DNA of 64,000 nucleotides from Ruditapes philippinarum (Eukaryota): NCBI RefSeq assembly GCF_026571515.1, contig NW_026856986.1, positions 310,001 to 374,000 of the forward strand, read 5' to 3'. Shown piece by piece: positions 24,769 to 37,795 of this stretch (position 1 is its first letter; each line of letters starts with the position of its first letter). The notes under the pieces were generated by a model. It saw only the letters and a program-made list of their open reading frames with translations, ran no database searches and was not told where the DNA came from. The position numbers and the translations under genes were made by a program.

Positions 24769-26939
24769 AGGAATTAAAAGCCATTGGTTTTCTTAACTAC
24801 CAGAGCATGGTTGTTTCTTGCAAGCTGTAACGCGTGTGTCACTTCCTGTACAGTTTAATCCTCCACTAGTAGGTGCCGGGTTTGTACATGTGCGTATTTT
24901 AGTCCGTTTTCCATTTCCACATGTGACGCTACATGAGGACCACGTGGACCACCCAGACCACTGTCCGTCAACTAAACAAAAATCAATACCAACAGCGTCG
25001 CATAATGAGTAAAAAATAGCGCATGTGTAGAACATTTATGAATCTCAACCCCACAAGTAACCCCAACTCAACAGAAAAAAAAACACAAATTAATATCTTC
25101 TTGTATCCATTACAAATTAGGAACAAATTGAACCCATTTACTAAATGTCATTCAACAGCCATACCTAAATTGCATAGATCACAAAAACGAGGGCATATAT
25201 TCCGTGCATGCTGAGTATCGCTGCAAAAATTCGTCACGGTATTGAGGTAGGCGCAATCGATTTTATGATCGTCAATGCAAGCTGATGCTGAAAATATGTT
25301 GAGGCAGTGCAAAATACATTCTTTTTATATACGGAACAAAATGATTAACCGACCGTGGACAACATTGTACTGACGTCTCTGTTGGCTTAGTGGTTGTGTT
25401 ATAAAAATATGGATAGATCAACGATGAATTGTTTTCACCGTAAACATTTACAAACAGTGTTTTTTATGGAGCAAGTAAAATATATTTTGAAAAAGCTCAT
25501 ATTTTATGCAGTTCTTTGGGTTCGTTACCTCGGTTGTTGCTTGTTGCTTTTCGATAGACCTGTTGGACTGCGTTAAGAAAATGTCGGTCTCCCTCATTGT
25601 GTACACCGGTCTAACTGACCTGTGTGAAACCACTCTAAGCATGATGGGAACGCACTTCTTTTAACATGGCGGCTTGAAAAATTAAACTTTTTCTATACCC
25701 TGTTGGCAAAATAGCCATACATCTTTTTTACACAAAACATGCATCAAACACTCCTTCTGACAATCCTTTAGTGATTTTACAAAACCAATTTCGTTCAACA
25801 CGCGTGATAGTATTTCGTTCATTGTTAGTTTAAAACCGAAAGTGAAAGAAGTTTTGAATATTGTTGAAAATCTGGAAAACAGTGATCCATTGGAAGCAAT
25901 AAACAATTTTAATCGCTTGAATAGATATATTGATTTTATAAAATAAAATCGTCATCCCTACGCGGACTTCTTTGTGTCGCAGTCATTTTACCCTCACTGG
26001 GGGTGAGAAATGCGTCGTTCGACACAGGTCGATATTTGAGAGACCTGTGTGTAAACAATATGTCTCCCTTGTTTATTTTACATTTCATATTTTGCATTGA
26101 TCAATCATATTTGCAATTAAAGAAACTATTTAATATACGCTCATTAGCCTTGCAATTTCTACATTAAAAAGCATGATACACCAACTGATAGTGTCTAGAA
26201 GCTGGAATTGTATATTACATTTTTATCAATACATCCCAGTGAATACATCTGAGTCTGCCCAATTGTAGACAAATCATGGAAAAATGACTGCAAAAAGCAA
26301 AAAGAAATCAAATAATAAAAAATATGTTATATGAATAAAGCTTAGAAGGACTATTAGAACAACGGGAGATTGAATAAAAATTGTTAGATATACATTTCAG
26401 AGTGATATTAAGCATTTAGTTCATTTAAAACTAAAGACGAATATAAAAATATCCATACACAATGTAATATAACTTACACGAAAAAAGATTAGAATTAAGT
26501 TAATTATACGAATGCACAATTTATGGAATATTGTATAATCCATTACATTTTCCAACGTAAAGAATATTACGTTAGAACACATTTCAAAAATAACGTTAGT
26601 TTTAGTCGAAGTATTAAAAGAAAGACAAAGTCAAGCATTCTTCTTATGTGAAACAAGATATTTCCAAAACTGTTGGTCACCCTCACTTCGATGCATTTCA
26701 AACTGATTTATAGTAGGAAAAGGCTAACATGATTTACAGTCATTTTCTTATGTTACTGAAGTACTGTATTAACCAGAGGGCAAATAATATTATCTCTGGC
26801 TTACTTGCTGAGTGCTACATTGAACAACATTGTTACACTTGTTTATATCTGTCGCATTGGAACATGCATAACACTCTAGCGATGCTATAAACAAATTTAT
26901 TATATACTTATAAATGAAATATTGAGAAATATTGATGAA

Positions 26940-27295
26940 ATAAAATGCGTATTTTCATTTTCCGTATTTTCACTGTAAAAATTTATTTTTCACTACAGTG
27001 AAACATATTTTCCGTATTTTCACTGGTGTCTTGCCGGACTACTTTCTTTTAAATTCTGCCATTACACAAAATTTAAGAGAAAGTCTTTCAAATTTTATAG
27101 CAAAAAAGACAAAAAATATATATAATAAACAGAAAATTCAAGTTTTTTCTATGAATACATGATTTATTTTCATCTTGTGGCATGAAAATTACCATATTTC
27201 ACTCGTGGCTACCGCCACTCATGAAATATTTATTTTCATACCACTCGATGAAAATAAATCATGTATTTATAGAAAAAACTTGAATATCCTCTATT
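26940..27295 (+). mobile_element. Non-autonomous DNA element remnant (family shared with 29300-29840)
   Basis: Shares the tttcactcgtggctac(c)gccactc(g/a)tgaaa hairpin and the aatatcctctat end with 29736-29835. Confidence 0.55.
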
Positions 27296-28431
27296 CATTT
27301 GTATATTATTATTCGAACTTTATGGAAAGAAATAATCAGGATTTTCAAAAAAGTTAATGATCAAGCAATTAAATAAGAAACAATTTGTTTTGAAAAGTAA
27401 TTTTTCTATTGATATCGATATGTCAAGACTCTTTTCATCATAGGTTATATTGCTTTTTCACTACGCTATGATTTAGATGAAGCAATGCAGCAATTACCGG
27501 TAACTGAATATTAATATAAAAGATCAATTTCATTAAAATTAGCTCCTTATTACGCATAAGGATTTGACGAACACCAAAGAGGTCACATTCTCGTGACTGT
27601 TTAAAATGCCAATCATCAGGGAGCTCTCACAATTTAAGAAACGAAGCTGTTTCTAATTTTAAACGCTTGAAAACCAATAGTGAGATTCCGAGAACAAACA
27701 TGGCGTTGTCCATACAGCCGGCAGGTAAACTGGGGGGGGGGGGATTGCCCATTAAAATTGAGTCTATTATTTCCAGTTTATTCGTTTCAAATTACTTTAA
27801 TTACATCCGAATCACCATGGAGGCGAAGCGAATACGGTGGCAATCAGATCTACATGTAAGAAATAACTTGAGTGATCTTCTTTCAGATTGTGTAAAAGGC
27901 TTGTTTTTTTTTGTTGTTTTTTTTTTCATTTTGTTTTTCATGCAAAAAAATATAATGTTTAAACGACACCTTCTCAATACTTATAGATGAATTATGTATT
28001 TAAAATAATACTACGACCAAAGACCAAAATAAAGTTTTTTATGACTAACCTGTGTTTCTTGTACAAGTCAGCAGAAATAAAAATATTTTGACTGCTGAAA
28101 GGTAAAATAGGAATTCATACAGAGCGGCTGATGTTACAACTTATAAGTTTTGTCTTAGGATTTTAGAGTGCATAAACGAGATATTGCTAATAAGGACAAT
28201 TAAAAGGTTGTTACCAATTTACCAATTACTGGATTTATACTGCCGCGTTATGTGAAATTTTAAAAATAAAAATAAAAAATAAAAAAATTCAAAGAGCCCT
28301 TTAGGGAAAAAAGTCTTTATCATTTGATTAGTAACATACGCAATATTTTATATTATCTGTGATATTGAACCAACCTTACTAGGTACAAATATTGTTCTCT
28401 CAAAAGAATCATTTGATAATGCAGTATTGCA

Positions 28432-28432
<1 letters not shown>

Positions 28433-28491
<59 letters not shown>

Positions 28492-28493
28492 AT
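28433..28493. repeat. (AAAT)n microsatellite
   Basis: About 15 perfect taaa units. Confidence 0.95.
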
Positions 28494-28734
28494 ATTATGT
28501 TACGTATTTATGACGTAACATTAAATGGCGTATAGATTTTTTTTAATTGCATTTTAGAATTAAATAAAAACTTAAATGAAAATGCATTTGTACTACAAAT
28601 ATATTAAATATGGATATCTTATGACTTTTGGTAAACTTCAATACTGATATTTATGTCCGCAAAATAGTGAAATACCACAAAAATTAAAATACGTAAATTA
28701 CCTAATAATATTTAATCCATTTTAATTGCCTAAA

Positions 28735-28836
28735 CAGATAAGATGAAAACATGCACAAGACTCATGCTTACATGAAAGACATTTGATAAGAGAATCTTAA
28801 TAACCTTAAAAGGGAGATAATGTGACACATGATAAT
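28735..28836 (-). promoter_or_regulatory. GATA-site cluster upstream of gene C (conserved block)
   Basis: agataa, tgataa, agataa, tgataa within ~115 bp of the ATG; homologous to the blocks before D, E and F. Confidence 0.45.
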
Positions 28837-29299
28837 GTTTTAAAATGTTTTTCGGACTATCTCATCGTTCCCTTTGCCACCAAGGCTGTCATTAAGCTTT
28901 CCTTACTTAAAATATGCTTTTTCGGAGATCGAGAATATCAAAACAAATGAATTATGGAAGTAATCGTACAATAATGTAGCCGTTAAAAACCTAAAACGAC
29001 CGGGAAACCCCACGGTATCTTTAATTTGCCGGTCCACATTCTAAATTTAAATTAGTAGGGCGATCGATTCACTTCGCGCTTGCGCAGACATTCGCTCAAA
29101 ATATCAACAAACATGGCAGAAGATTGGCGAAAGAAACCAAGAAAACGTGCACACAAAAAAAGAGAAAAGAAAATGAACAAAAACGAACAAAAAAGAAAAC
29201 ATGGGAAGATAAGTACCGATACGTACGCCTATCGGAACGTACATGGTGTCAATATCTTAACAATTTTAAAGTGTACGTTGAATAATATTAATTTCATGC

Positions 29300-29840
29300 T
29301 TTCCAGTGTTTTATTGTAATATATCAGATGATTATATTCTGATAAACCACTAGTGAAATTTATAAAATATAATTTTCACTGTAGCCGGACTATATCTGAA
29401 TGCGGATGAAAAGAAAATCATAACTAAATGAAATAACAAGCAGAAATAATTGCCGTCATGCGTAAATTTTGCTTCTTTAGGAAAAGAAAGTCGATTTCAT
29501 CATACATCATGTAAAAATGTAACAAAATTAGAGAAAATTAACAGAACTTTATTTCAAAATTGATGATGTGACGTCATGATATGATGACGTCACATAGGAG
29601 AATGCGTGACGTTACGCGGCAAAATCAGTAAAAATATACTTAAAATCCCTTAAAAAGCATGAAATAAAAAGAAAATTTATTTGTTTTACATATAAGATTG
29701 AAATATATTTCATTCGTGAACACCAGCTATTATATTTTCACTCGTGGCTACGCCACTCGTGAAAATATTGCATCTGGTGTTCACTCAGTGAAATTATATT
29801 TCAATCTTACATGCAAAACAAACAAATATCCTCTATATAT
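29300..29840 (+). mobile_element. Non-autonomous DNA element (Crypton/Helitron-like remnant)
   Basis: Internal tgacgtca repeats and a terminal tttcactcgtggctacgccactcgtgaaaata hairpin, aaatatcctctat end; related copy at 26940-27295. Confidence 0.55.
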
Positions 29841-30350
29841 CAAAATCTTTCAAAAAGAGGTAAAACTATTTGCTATTTCATAGAATAATTTTGCAGAACT
29901 GTCATTTTCAAAGCGAGCAATAGATCTTTTGAGTGTTCAATTCATCTGTTTTCTCATGGTCACGTGATACTAATTCAACATTATTTACAAATGTTATATA
30001 AATGAGCAGATTTCTGTAAGACATGTTTTATAATTCGAACGTATTATTAGTACAAATTATAATATTTCTGATTTAACCTATTTAACAGGATATCAAACAC
30101 TTGGACATCTTATAGATACTCTGAAATGTAAATACTTAACAGAGTGGGACGAGTGGGACGTATAACTTTAATCGTTAGCCTTTATCATGTACACCAGAAA
30201 GGCTTAATTTTGTATAAAACGTTTTGTCATAAAAATTGAATAAATCAAGCATAGAAACCCGAGAATTGGGAGATAAAAGTAACACAATAAATTTCACTTT
30301 CTTTATCATCACTCAAATAATTCACAGGAACATCATCATTGCAATCATGT

Positions 30351-33300
30351 TCAGCCGATAAGTGATGGTCCGGTTGAAATACCTTACAAAAATAAGAAAA
30401 AATGATATAATAATACACATACATAAGATTAAAGGTTTGATCCACAGTTTTATGTTACATTTTAAAACTGCAATGAGTTGTAACAAATTAAGTTTGTTTG
30501 CTATATCGTAATTAATCTTAGTGCAAACATACACAAAACACTCCTTTTAGGCAAGCTATTGCAAAAGCCGTTTTAATGACATAGTTGTTTTGCAACATTA
30601 TTACAACCAGTTTTTTTATCTGACTTGAAACATTTTTCGGTGGTTCTACTCAGGTGCCCGTTCGTGCCTGAAATAATGCACGGAAGGGCACTTGAGGTCT
30701 TCCTCCACCAGTAAAGCTGGAACGTCGCGATATGACCTATACTATGTCGATGTGACGTAAAACCCAAAACAAACAAACAAAACAAAATAATATCTGATTA
30801 TTATCAGCAAATCCAATGTTGCAATATTTAACCGCAAATCTTGTTATTATGGCATTATTTAGTTGCTTACTCGTGAAAACCAATTTTTTTTGCAAAAATA
30901 ACGAATGTTGGCATAATTTCTGGGATCACATTTTCTTTTTGCATTTTTTTGTTCAACCTTCTTCTTAAAAAAAACACGATTTTACAATACGTTTATAATA
31001 CATTCACCGTTGATGGATACTTCGTATCATGCCTGATGCATTTTTATGCCATAAGTTTAACACAATCGTGATCTAAAGCATGTTCAAAATAATTTTCAAC
31101 GATACTTCGTCACTGTTTTGAACTGGTATGATCTTGCAACATACCTTACAATGACATGTCGATCAATGGAATGCCAACCGACAATAGTGTTATTGCAAAG
31201 CTCGTTATAATAAGATGATAATTTTGTTGCAATTTCTTAACAACGGATTTTTTTCAGTTTTAAAATAGGAATGCATTAAATTATTCCAGATACCAAACAT
31301 CAAACATAAATTTTTAAAAAAAGTTTATATTACAATGATATGAACTTACCGTATTCACACAAAAGAGGATGGGTTTCCCCGGAATATGTGCCACCAAAAA
31401 TGGAGTGCTGTGTATACCCACATGGTATATCATCCCATTGACCATTTTTATACGGTATCAATACAACACAGTCTTCTTGACTAGAGCTTGCATAGTTCGC
31501 AATGTGTCCCGGAATCCAATTTGTATACTGCACTTGCATACCTAGATAAGATTATAAAAATGCAAATATTTTGTGAGCAAAAATAATTTTTAACTAATAA
31601 GGGTGAAATTGTTAGCTTAAGTTCAAAGGTAATTCCAATAAATAAGGTCAATCATAAATAAACATATTCTTAAACAATTGTACGCATTTGTTTTCAATAC
31701 AGTTTGACTTTTCAAGAATATTTATTTCAGAGTCTATACGAAATGTAAATGAGTTTTACATAAGTCTCTAACCAGATGTCCAATGAAAATGTCCCTCCGT
31801 ATTTTTGTCTGTGAGACCAATCCAAACAGCATGATCTGGGTAATGTCTCTTCATAAAGTTTTGTATAAAATTCTGTTCTTTTGAACTAGTTATATACACA
31901 AGATGGCCATCTCTAGAGGAACACATTTGTTCAGCTTGCTGCCAGGTGACTTTAGCATTTGGAACAAGTTCGTAACAACTGTGGTCATTTTGAGAAAGTG
32001 TTCCCTTATCTCTCTGGGCTTGTAATTGAAGTTTGTGTGGACACAGATCAATGTTACCTGTAATAATTGTTATGTTCATTGATTCAGATTGATCCTTTCA
32101 ACAAATGAAACATAGGGAAATCAAAATTTGATTTCAAGATTAAAGTTAAAATATTAGATATTACACTCAGTTTACTCTATCAGTAAAGGATTGTTGCACT
32201 TAATTTCACAGAATTTATCACAGTAAATTTTGTTTGCGTCATTTTTACGGGTAAGTATGATATGAGAGTAGTTATATTGCTTTAAAAATGTTTATTTTCA
32301 AAGTTACCATAAGTTATAATCGATAAGCAAACAGCACATGATGTGAAAAGCCCACGAAGAGCCCACGAAAAGCCCATTGCAAAAAGGTTTTATTGAAACG
32401 TCTGTCTGCGTATGTAAATAGTTATTTTTGTACAGGTGTATAAATTTACAAATTTAACTTAATTAAACCAATAATTGGTTTATATTTAAAAAAAACGATG
32501 ATATTTTACTCACCGTTAATGCTTGTATTTGTCGAAGTAACTTTGGCTGAAAAAAGAATACAACAGTTATTGTCCTAACTCAAAAATAATTTCTCAAAAA
32601 GCAAATTATGAAGGAAATAACAAGGCAATAAAATAACAACAAAATAGAAAATGAATATTTCTGCTAAAAAAACAAAATAGCTCACCATATTGGCATATAA
32701 ATGCATGACGAATTCCATGAAATAATTCAGATAAAGCGTTATCGCCGCCACATTCTATATCGTCCCATTCTCCTGTTTTTGATGTCATATATACACAATC
32801 TTCTGCGGCGTGATGCCGATTATCTTTTCGTCCAAGCTTCCAGTTTGTGTACGTTACAGCATTACCTTAAAACATTTATGTAACTCTATAACACTTTTAC
32901 AAATTCAATTAACATCCGTACGCTTATAGTTTACTGTGTAAAATGTTTTAACTAAACATTTATCATGCTTATTATCATGGTATATAAGTACTACAAAAGC
33001 AAAATGAAACGAAATTTAAGTTTGGAGCACATCTATTTTATTTAATGTTGTTTCTGTTTGTGTTTCTGTCAGAATAGATGAATAAAATGATGAAAGTAAT
33101 GTTTCACATGATCGCATATATAATATTACCAGACGTCCATTCAAATGTTTCCTCAGTATTTCTGTCATTTAGACCTAGCCAAACTGGGTGCGTGAAATTC
33201 TTTACTAGGAAATCAAAAATAAAATCTTGTTCCTGTTGGTTTGCTATGTGTATCAAGTGACCACCATGACCTTTACAAATTGTCTCCGCGTGTGACCATG

Positions 33301-36300
33301 ATACTCCTGAGTCAACGATTTCGTAGCAATTTTGTCCAAACTGTGCTAACAGTTCTCCCCTTGTCTGGGCAAGCTGCTGTATTCTTTGCGGACATAATTT
33401 CACATGACCTATGCAGCAGTGTAAAACGTGATTAAAGTATTGTCTAGTTTAAAAAATATGTTAGTATGGCATCATCATGGTCCTTTTTAAGAGTTAAAGT
33501 GCAAAATAAATTCAAAACAATGTCTTTTTACTTAAGTTATATTCATATTTTAGTTGGCGGCACAAAACAAGCAGAAATTACAAGCAATCATATGCCAAAT
33601 TTATTTTATCAAAGATCGTAAACTACTTATATATGAAATTGGTAAACTAAATATAACATAACTTAAATTTTGATCAGACGTATATACCAGTAAAACAATT
33701 CAAACGAAAAGAACATACATCTTTAAGAAAAGAAAACATTAAATTACCTGTCAGTTCGAACATGGCAGTCGTTTGCGGAAAGGCTGACGTTTGCATTGAT
33801 AGAATTGTTTTTGTGAAAACCACTGAATTACTTGTCGTTTTTGTAAACAAAGACGAATCGGGAGTCGGCATAGTGGTGGATAAAGATGTGATATCTGACA
33901 AAGAAGTATAAATGCCGTGTTAAAAGCTTGTGTCTTGAAATCATTGGTTGAAATTGAATATTAAGCCCCTTTGTATATATAAATTGCAAACAAAATTTAA
34001 AAGAATGAGTTACAATCATATTTTACTAATATCTTCAGTATGAACATTGTTTCACTGGTTCGATGCTAGATGTTTTTAAAGAAAAACTACAGCATATTTT
34101 AGAGGTTGTATTATTAAAATCACTTCAAGATTGTACGTGTATCTGTATTTCTTTCACTTGTTATTTATTTTCTTTCTTATTTTTGTCTAGTTACATTCTA
34201 TTACAACTTTGAGCTCAAAATTTGATGTTTAAGCAATATTAAATATCCATAGATATCAGATATTGAGACTGGTTCAAAGAAACATTGCAATATGCAAGAG
34301 TATGCTGGATGCCTATTTAAGCAATAAGCTAAACATAAACTTTTTGTACAGTCAATAACACTTTCTTTGCTAGATGAACTGTATATTGCATACTTTTCTG
34401 GGCCTAAATCACGTTTGTGAGTGAGGAAAAAATACAATTGTTTTGTTTATTGTTGTGCATATCTATGTTTCTTTATTTCTGTCTACGATTTGTAACCCTT
34501 TTCGAATATGAAAGCAGTTGATATCTATATGGTGTTTAGAAAGTTTACGAGAACGTGGTAGTAATCTTTTATAGTTCAGTTTAGCCAAAATGTTATCAAG
34601 AATTATACCTAGATTGCATAGATCACAAAATCGAGGGCATATAATCCGGGCATGCTGAGTATCACTGCAAACATTTGTAACGGTATTGAGGTAGGCACAG
34701 TCGATTTTATGATCGTCAATACACGATGATGCTGAAAATATGGATTTGCAGTGCAATATTTTATGTGATACTTAAATAATGAAATCTCCATTGTAAAACT
34801 GATCCATAAGGCATTGCTACAAAGATACTTATTCAATACACTAAGAACTCTTAGTAAAATGTTAAAATCAAATGGATTGTATAGAAAGTGCTGATCTTTG
34901 TCGGCAAGCGAAAAGACATAAGTACATGTAAACATACACGCGCGAACGTACTAAATATTTAAGACTAACGCATAAAACATTGATAAAATGATCATACGTT
35001 TGAAATGTTCACAAAGTGGTTTATTGCATTTATCTGAGCTACAACACTCATGACAGTCATTATTTTGTCCTTGTAAACCACGGCCAACCAATCCTGTCTC
35101 AACTCCTCTATGAGTACCACATTGCTATAACAGAGTACAAAAGCACACACGTTCAACGTTATGGCAGACTTCTGAATAAGGTAAAATTAATTAACGTGGG
35201 TGGAATTTATATCAAAATCATAAAAGCTGAAACTTTGCTTATCACATGTACCATGTTACTTCTAATATTTAATGTTAGCTCTTATTTGTGTTGCTATTTT
35301 AAAAACAGCTTACTTTGATCATCAATTATTAAACCAAATGATGTAAATCAATAACGTAATTCAAAATTTAAATTGTTATTCACATGTTTGTCAATACATC
35401 CTAATGAATACATCCGATTCTGTCCAACTGTTGACAAATCATGGAAACATGACTGCAAAAAGCAAAAGTTGAATTAAATGATAACCTGAGTCATTTAATT
35501 TGATCCAGAAGCAGTGATTTCGAAATAAAAATATATACATATGAACGGTATAACAATTTTAATTATATTGATAATATACTGTAAGGTAAAAGTGATGTTT
35601 GAAACGATAAAATTGAAATACACAATTTCAGCTCTTAAGCATTAAAAATCATTAAAAAATATAACGCTTTCTTAGGAAAGTTTGGATACACTTGAATGTT
35701 GACCAAAGTTTAAGGATTTGAATATTGCAATTACATTCTGCGTAAAGTTAAATATTGTACAAACTAGAAGATAACTTATATAATATATGGCTTACTTGAC
35801 CAATGTTGCAATGAATAACATCGTTACACTGGTTGATATTTGTTGAGTTGGAGCATTTATAACACTCCAGCGATGCTATAAATGAAGAAGTACTAATTAA
35901 TTAGTTTTCAAAATAAAGAGATATTCAGGATTTTACACAAAAAATATTTGTATGTTTAGATAAAAACAGAATGAGCTAATTAAATTCAATAAGTAAACTG
36001 CTGAATTTTAATCTACCAGCTTTTAAAATAACCTATATAACAGATCATCTCTTAATATCATTTTTACTATAAAGCACTATCCTTTTGATCCAAAGAAGCA
36101 TACGTGAGAATCTTAATATAACTCGCTTTACAATGTTTTCATGCGAAAAGATATTCAAATAACATAAACTAACAGTTATTAAAAATAATAACTAATGTAA
36201 ATTCTATAAAGAATAATAAGCGTAATGATCAAAAACATGTTGAATAACTTACCTGCATTTCTTGTATAAGCAAACAAAATGAAACACACTTTGAGTGCTA

Positions 36301-37310
36301 AAAAATAAAATATGTATTTATACAAAACGGTAATGCTACGAATTTATGTATTTACTAGCATTTTGAACTGTAAATACGTTATATTGATAGTAAGAATATA
36401 AAATGGTCGTTTTACATTAACTTTTTTTATGAGACGACATTATGCATGATTTTAAGCCAGTAACTTTTCTAAATAAGGATAAATGTAAATATATTGTATT
36501 ATCCTACCATTTCCTAACAGTTTTCAATAAACTCCAAAGATCCCACTACTAGACATTGTACAGTCACATAAATAAATTAGGTACTTTCAAAAGGATACGT
36601 TTCTTTTATGTCTCCATTACTAAACACGACTAAGTTATCGTGTCTTTCTTAACATTCTGTAACAGGTCTGTATTGTAGCTAAATAACATATATAGCTTAA
36701 TAACGTGCTATACAGACAATGTTAAATAAATGGCTTTTTAAGTGACATGTATAATTCTTATACTTATTGTTTATTATTTTGTGTTTTGATTTTTAAACAC
36801 CAATTAAGTCAAAGAAATGCTTTTTTTTTTCAAAAGCTTTTCAATTATTGGTGTAATGTTACAATTTCCACAAATTTAGCCTTTTACCTGAACCATCTTT
36901 TGCTTTCTTTTTTGTTTTGGTAATAAGTTTAGTGATAGTGATATAGTATTTTTTGTATGGAAGTAAAAACACTACTTTTTTGCATTTTACTACATTCATT
37001 ACAAAATATTTCACATTCAGTGCTACTTTCTCTGGGCGATATGCATCTGAAGTGCTCTAAAACAATTATTTGATTATTTAAAACGTTATAAAACTCATGT
37101 TTACTCTTTCTAACGAAGATAAAATCAATCAACTCGTTTCTTATTATCAAAAGTGGTTTGAAAATATCAGAAAATGAATATATCAAATTAGATTTATTGG
37201 ATAGTTCACGACTGTTGGTGATTTCGAAAAAGAAATCAGAAAAAAACTCATCTTACATAAATGTCTACAAATTATTCGAATACTTACGTACCTAATATTT
37301 TCATATCCAT
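30351..37310 (-). CDS. Gene D: secreted Ly6/uPAR-like + ShKT + short Thr stalk + tandem C-type lectin protein (no TSP1)
   Basis: Intact phase-compatible exons: 37292-37310 (MDMKIL), 36253-36297 (ALKVCFILFAYTRNA), 35796-35875, 35384-35452, 34998-35124 (LECYKC...CCSSDKCN three-finger domain), 34609-34731 (ShKT), 33748-33894 (Thr/Ser), 33130-33408 + 32686-32865 (CTLD1), 32514-32546, 31773-32057 + 31350-31541 (CTLD2), 30351-30382 (ISTGPSLIG*). Confidence 0.88.
30637..30788 (+). mobile_element. 5'-truncated SINE copy in the last intron of gene D
   Basis: Near-identical to the 3' ~150 bp of the SINE at 40848-41118, with a (caaa)n tail. Confidence 0.9.
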
Positions 37311-37324
37311 TTTGATTTGTCTAA

Positions 37325-37407
37325 AGATAGATAAGATAAAAAATGCACACGACTCATGACAGAAGTAAAGCCACTTGATAAGAGAAGGGTTTTGAAGGGG
37401 AGATAAA
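37325..37407 (-). promoter_or_regulatory. GATA-site cluster upstream of gene D
   Basis: agatagataagataa..gactcat..cacttgataagagaa..ggggagataa, conserved before C, E and F. Confidence 0.5.
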
Positions 37408-37490
37408 AATTGAAGTTCAACGGCTTGTTTCGTACACTTTGCTCCCTAGATGCATTTATTAGCTACACATGTATATAAAAATACCATTAT

Positions 37491-37795
37491 TTAAAGGGAC
37501 TCCACTGATTTGATGTAGATCTATACTAATAACTTCTGTGCAAAATTTCAGATCATTATCTCGCTCCGTTTTTCCAGAATGATTATTATAATAGTGAAAA
37601 ATTACAAAAAATTGAAAAGCGTTTAAACGCTTTTCACTCAAAATGGGCTAAGAATAGCACAAACATACGATTTTCATTTTATTTCTTGTATGTTTTATTT
37701 CTTTATATTTCTTTTTAAAGCGCTCATGTTTATCTATGTGAAAAATTAAAATGTAATGTTTTTTTGGCTTATAAATCTCAGTGGAGTTCCTTTAA
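37491..37795. mobile_element. Kolobok-like MITE upstream of gene D
   Basis: ttaa|agggactccactga ... tcagtggagttcct|ttaa; TTAA target duplication; absent from the paralogous upstream regions of E and F. Confidence 0.7.

Larger units (their letters stand above)
19313..28720 (-). pseudogene. Gene C: Ly6/ShKT/TSP1/mucin/tandem-CTLD lectin pseudogene
   Basis: Exon homologues 28702-28720, 28050-28094, 26805-26884, 26219-26287, 25165-25287 (ShKT), 24801-24971 (TSP1), ~23517-23597, 22793-23075, 22143-22322, 21610-21642, 20398-20682, ~19676-19868, 19313-19344. Lesions: TAA as third codon (ATG GAT TAA); Cys->Phe in Ly6 exon 2; Ly6 exon 3 not found (phase 0->1 mismatch); +1 G at ~23010 giving TGA; acceptor cg instead of ag at ~22323; 2-nt loss giving TGA at ~19681. 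Confidence 0.75.
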
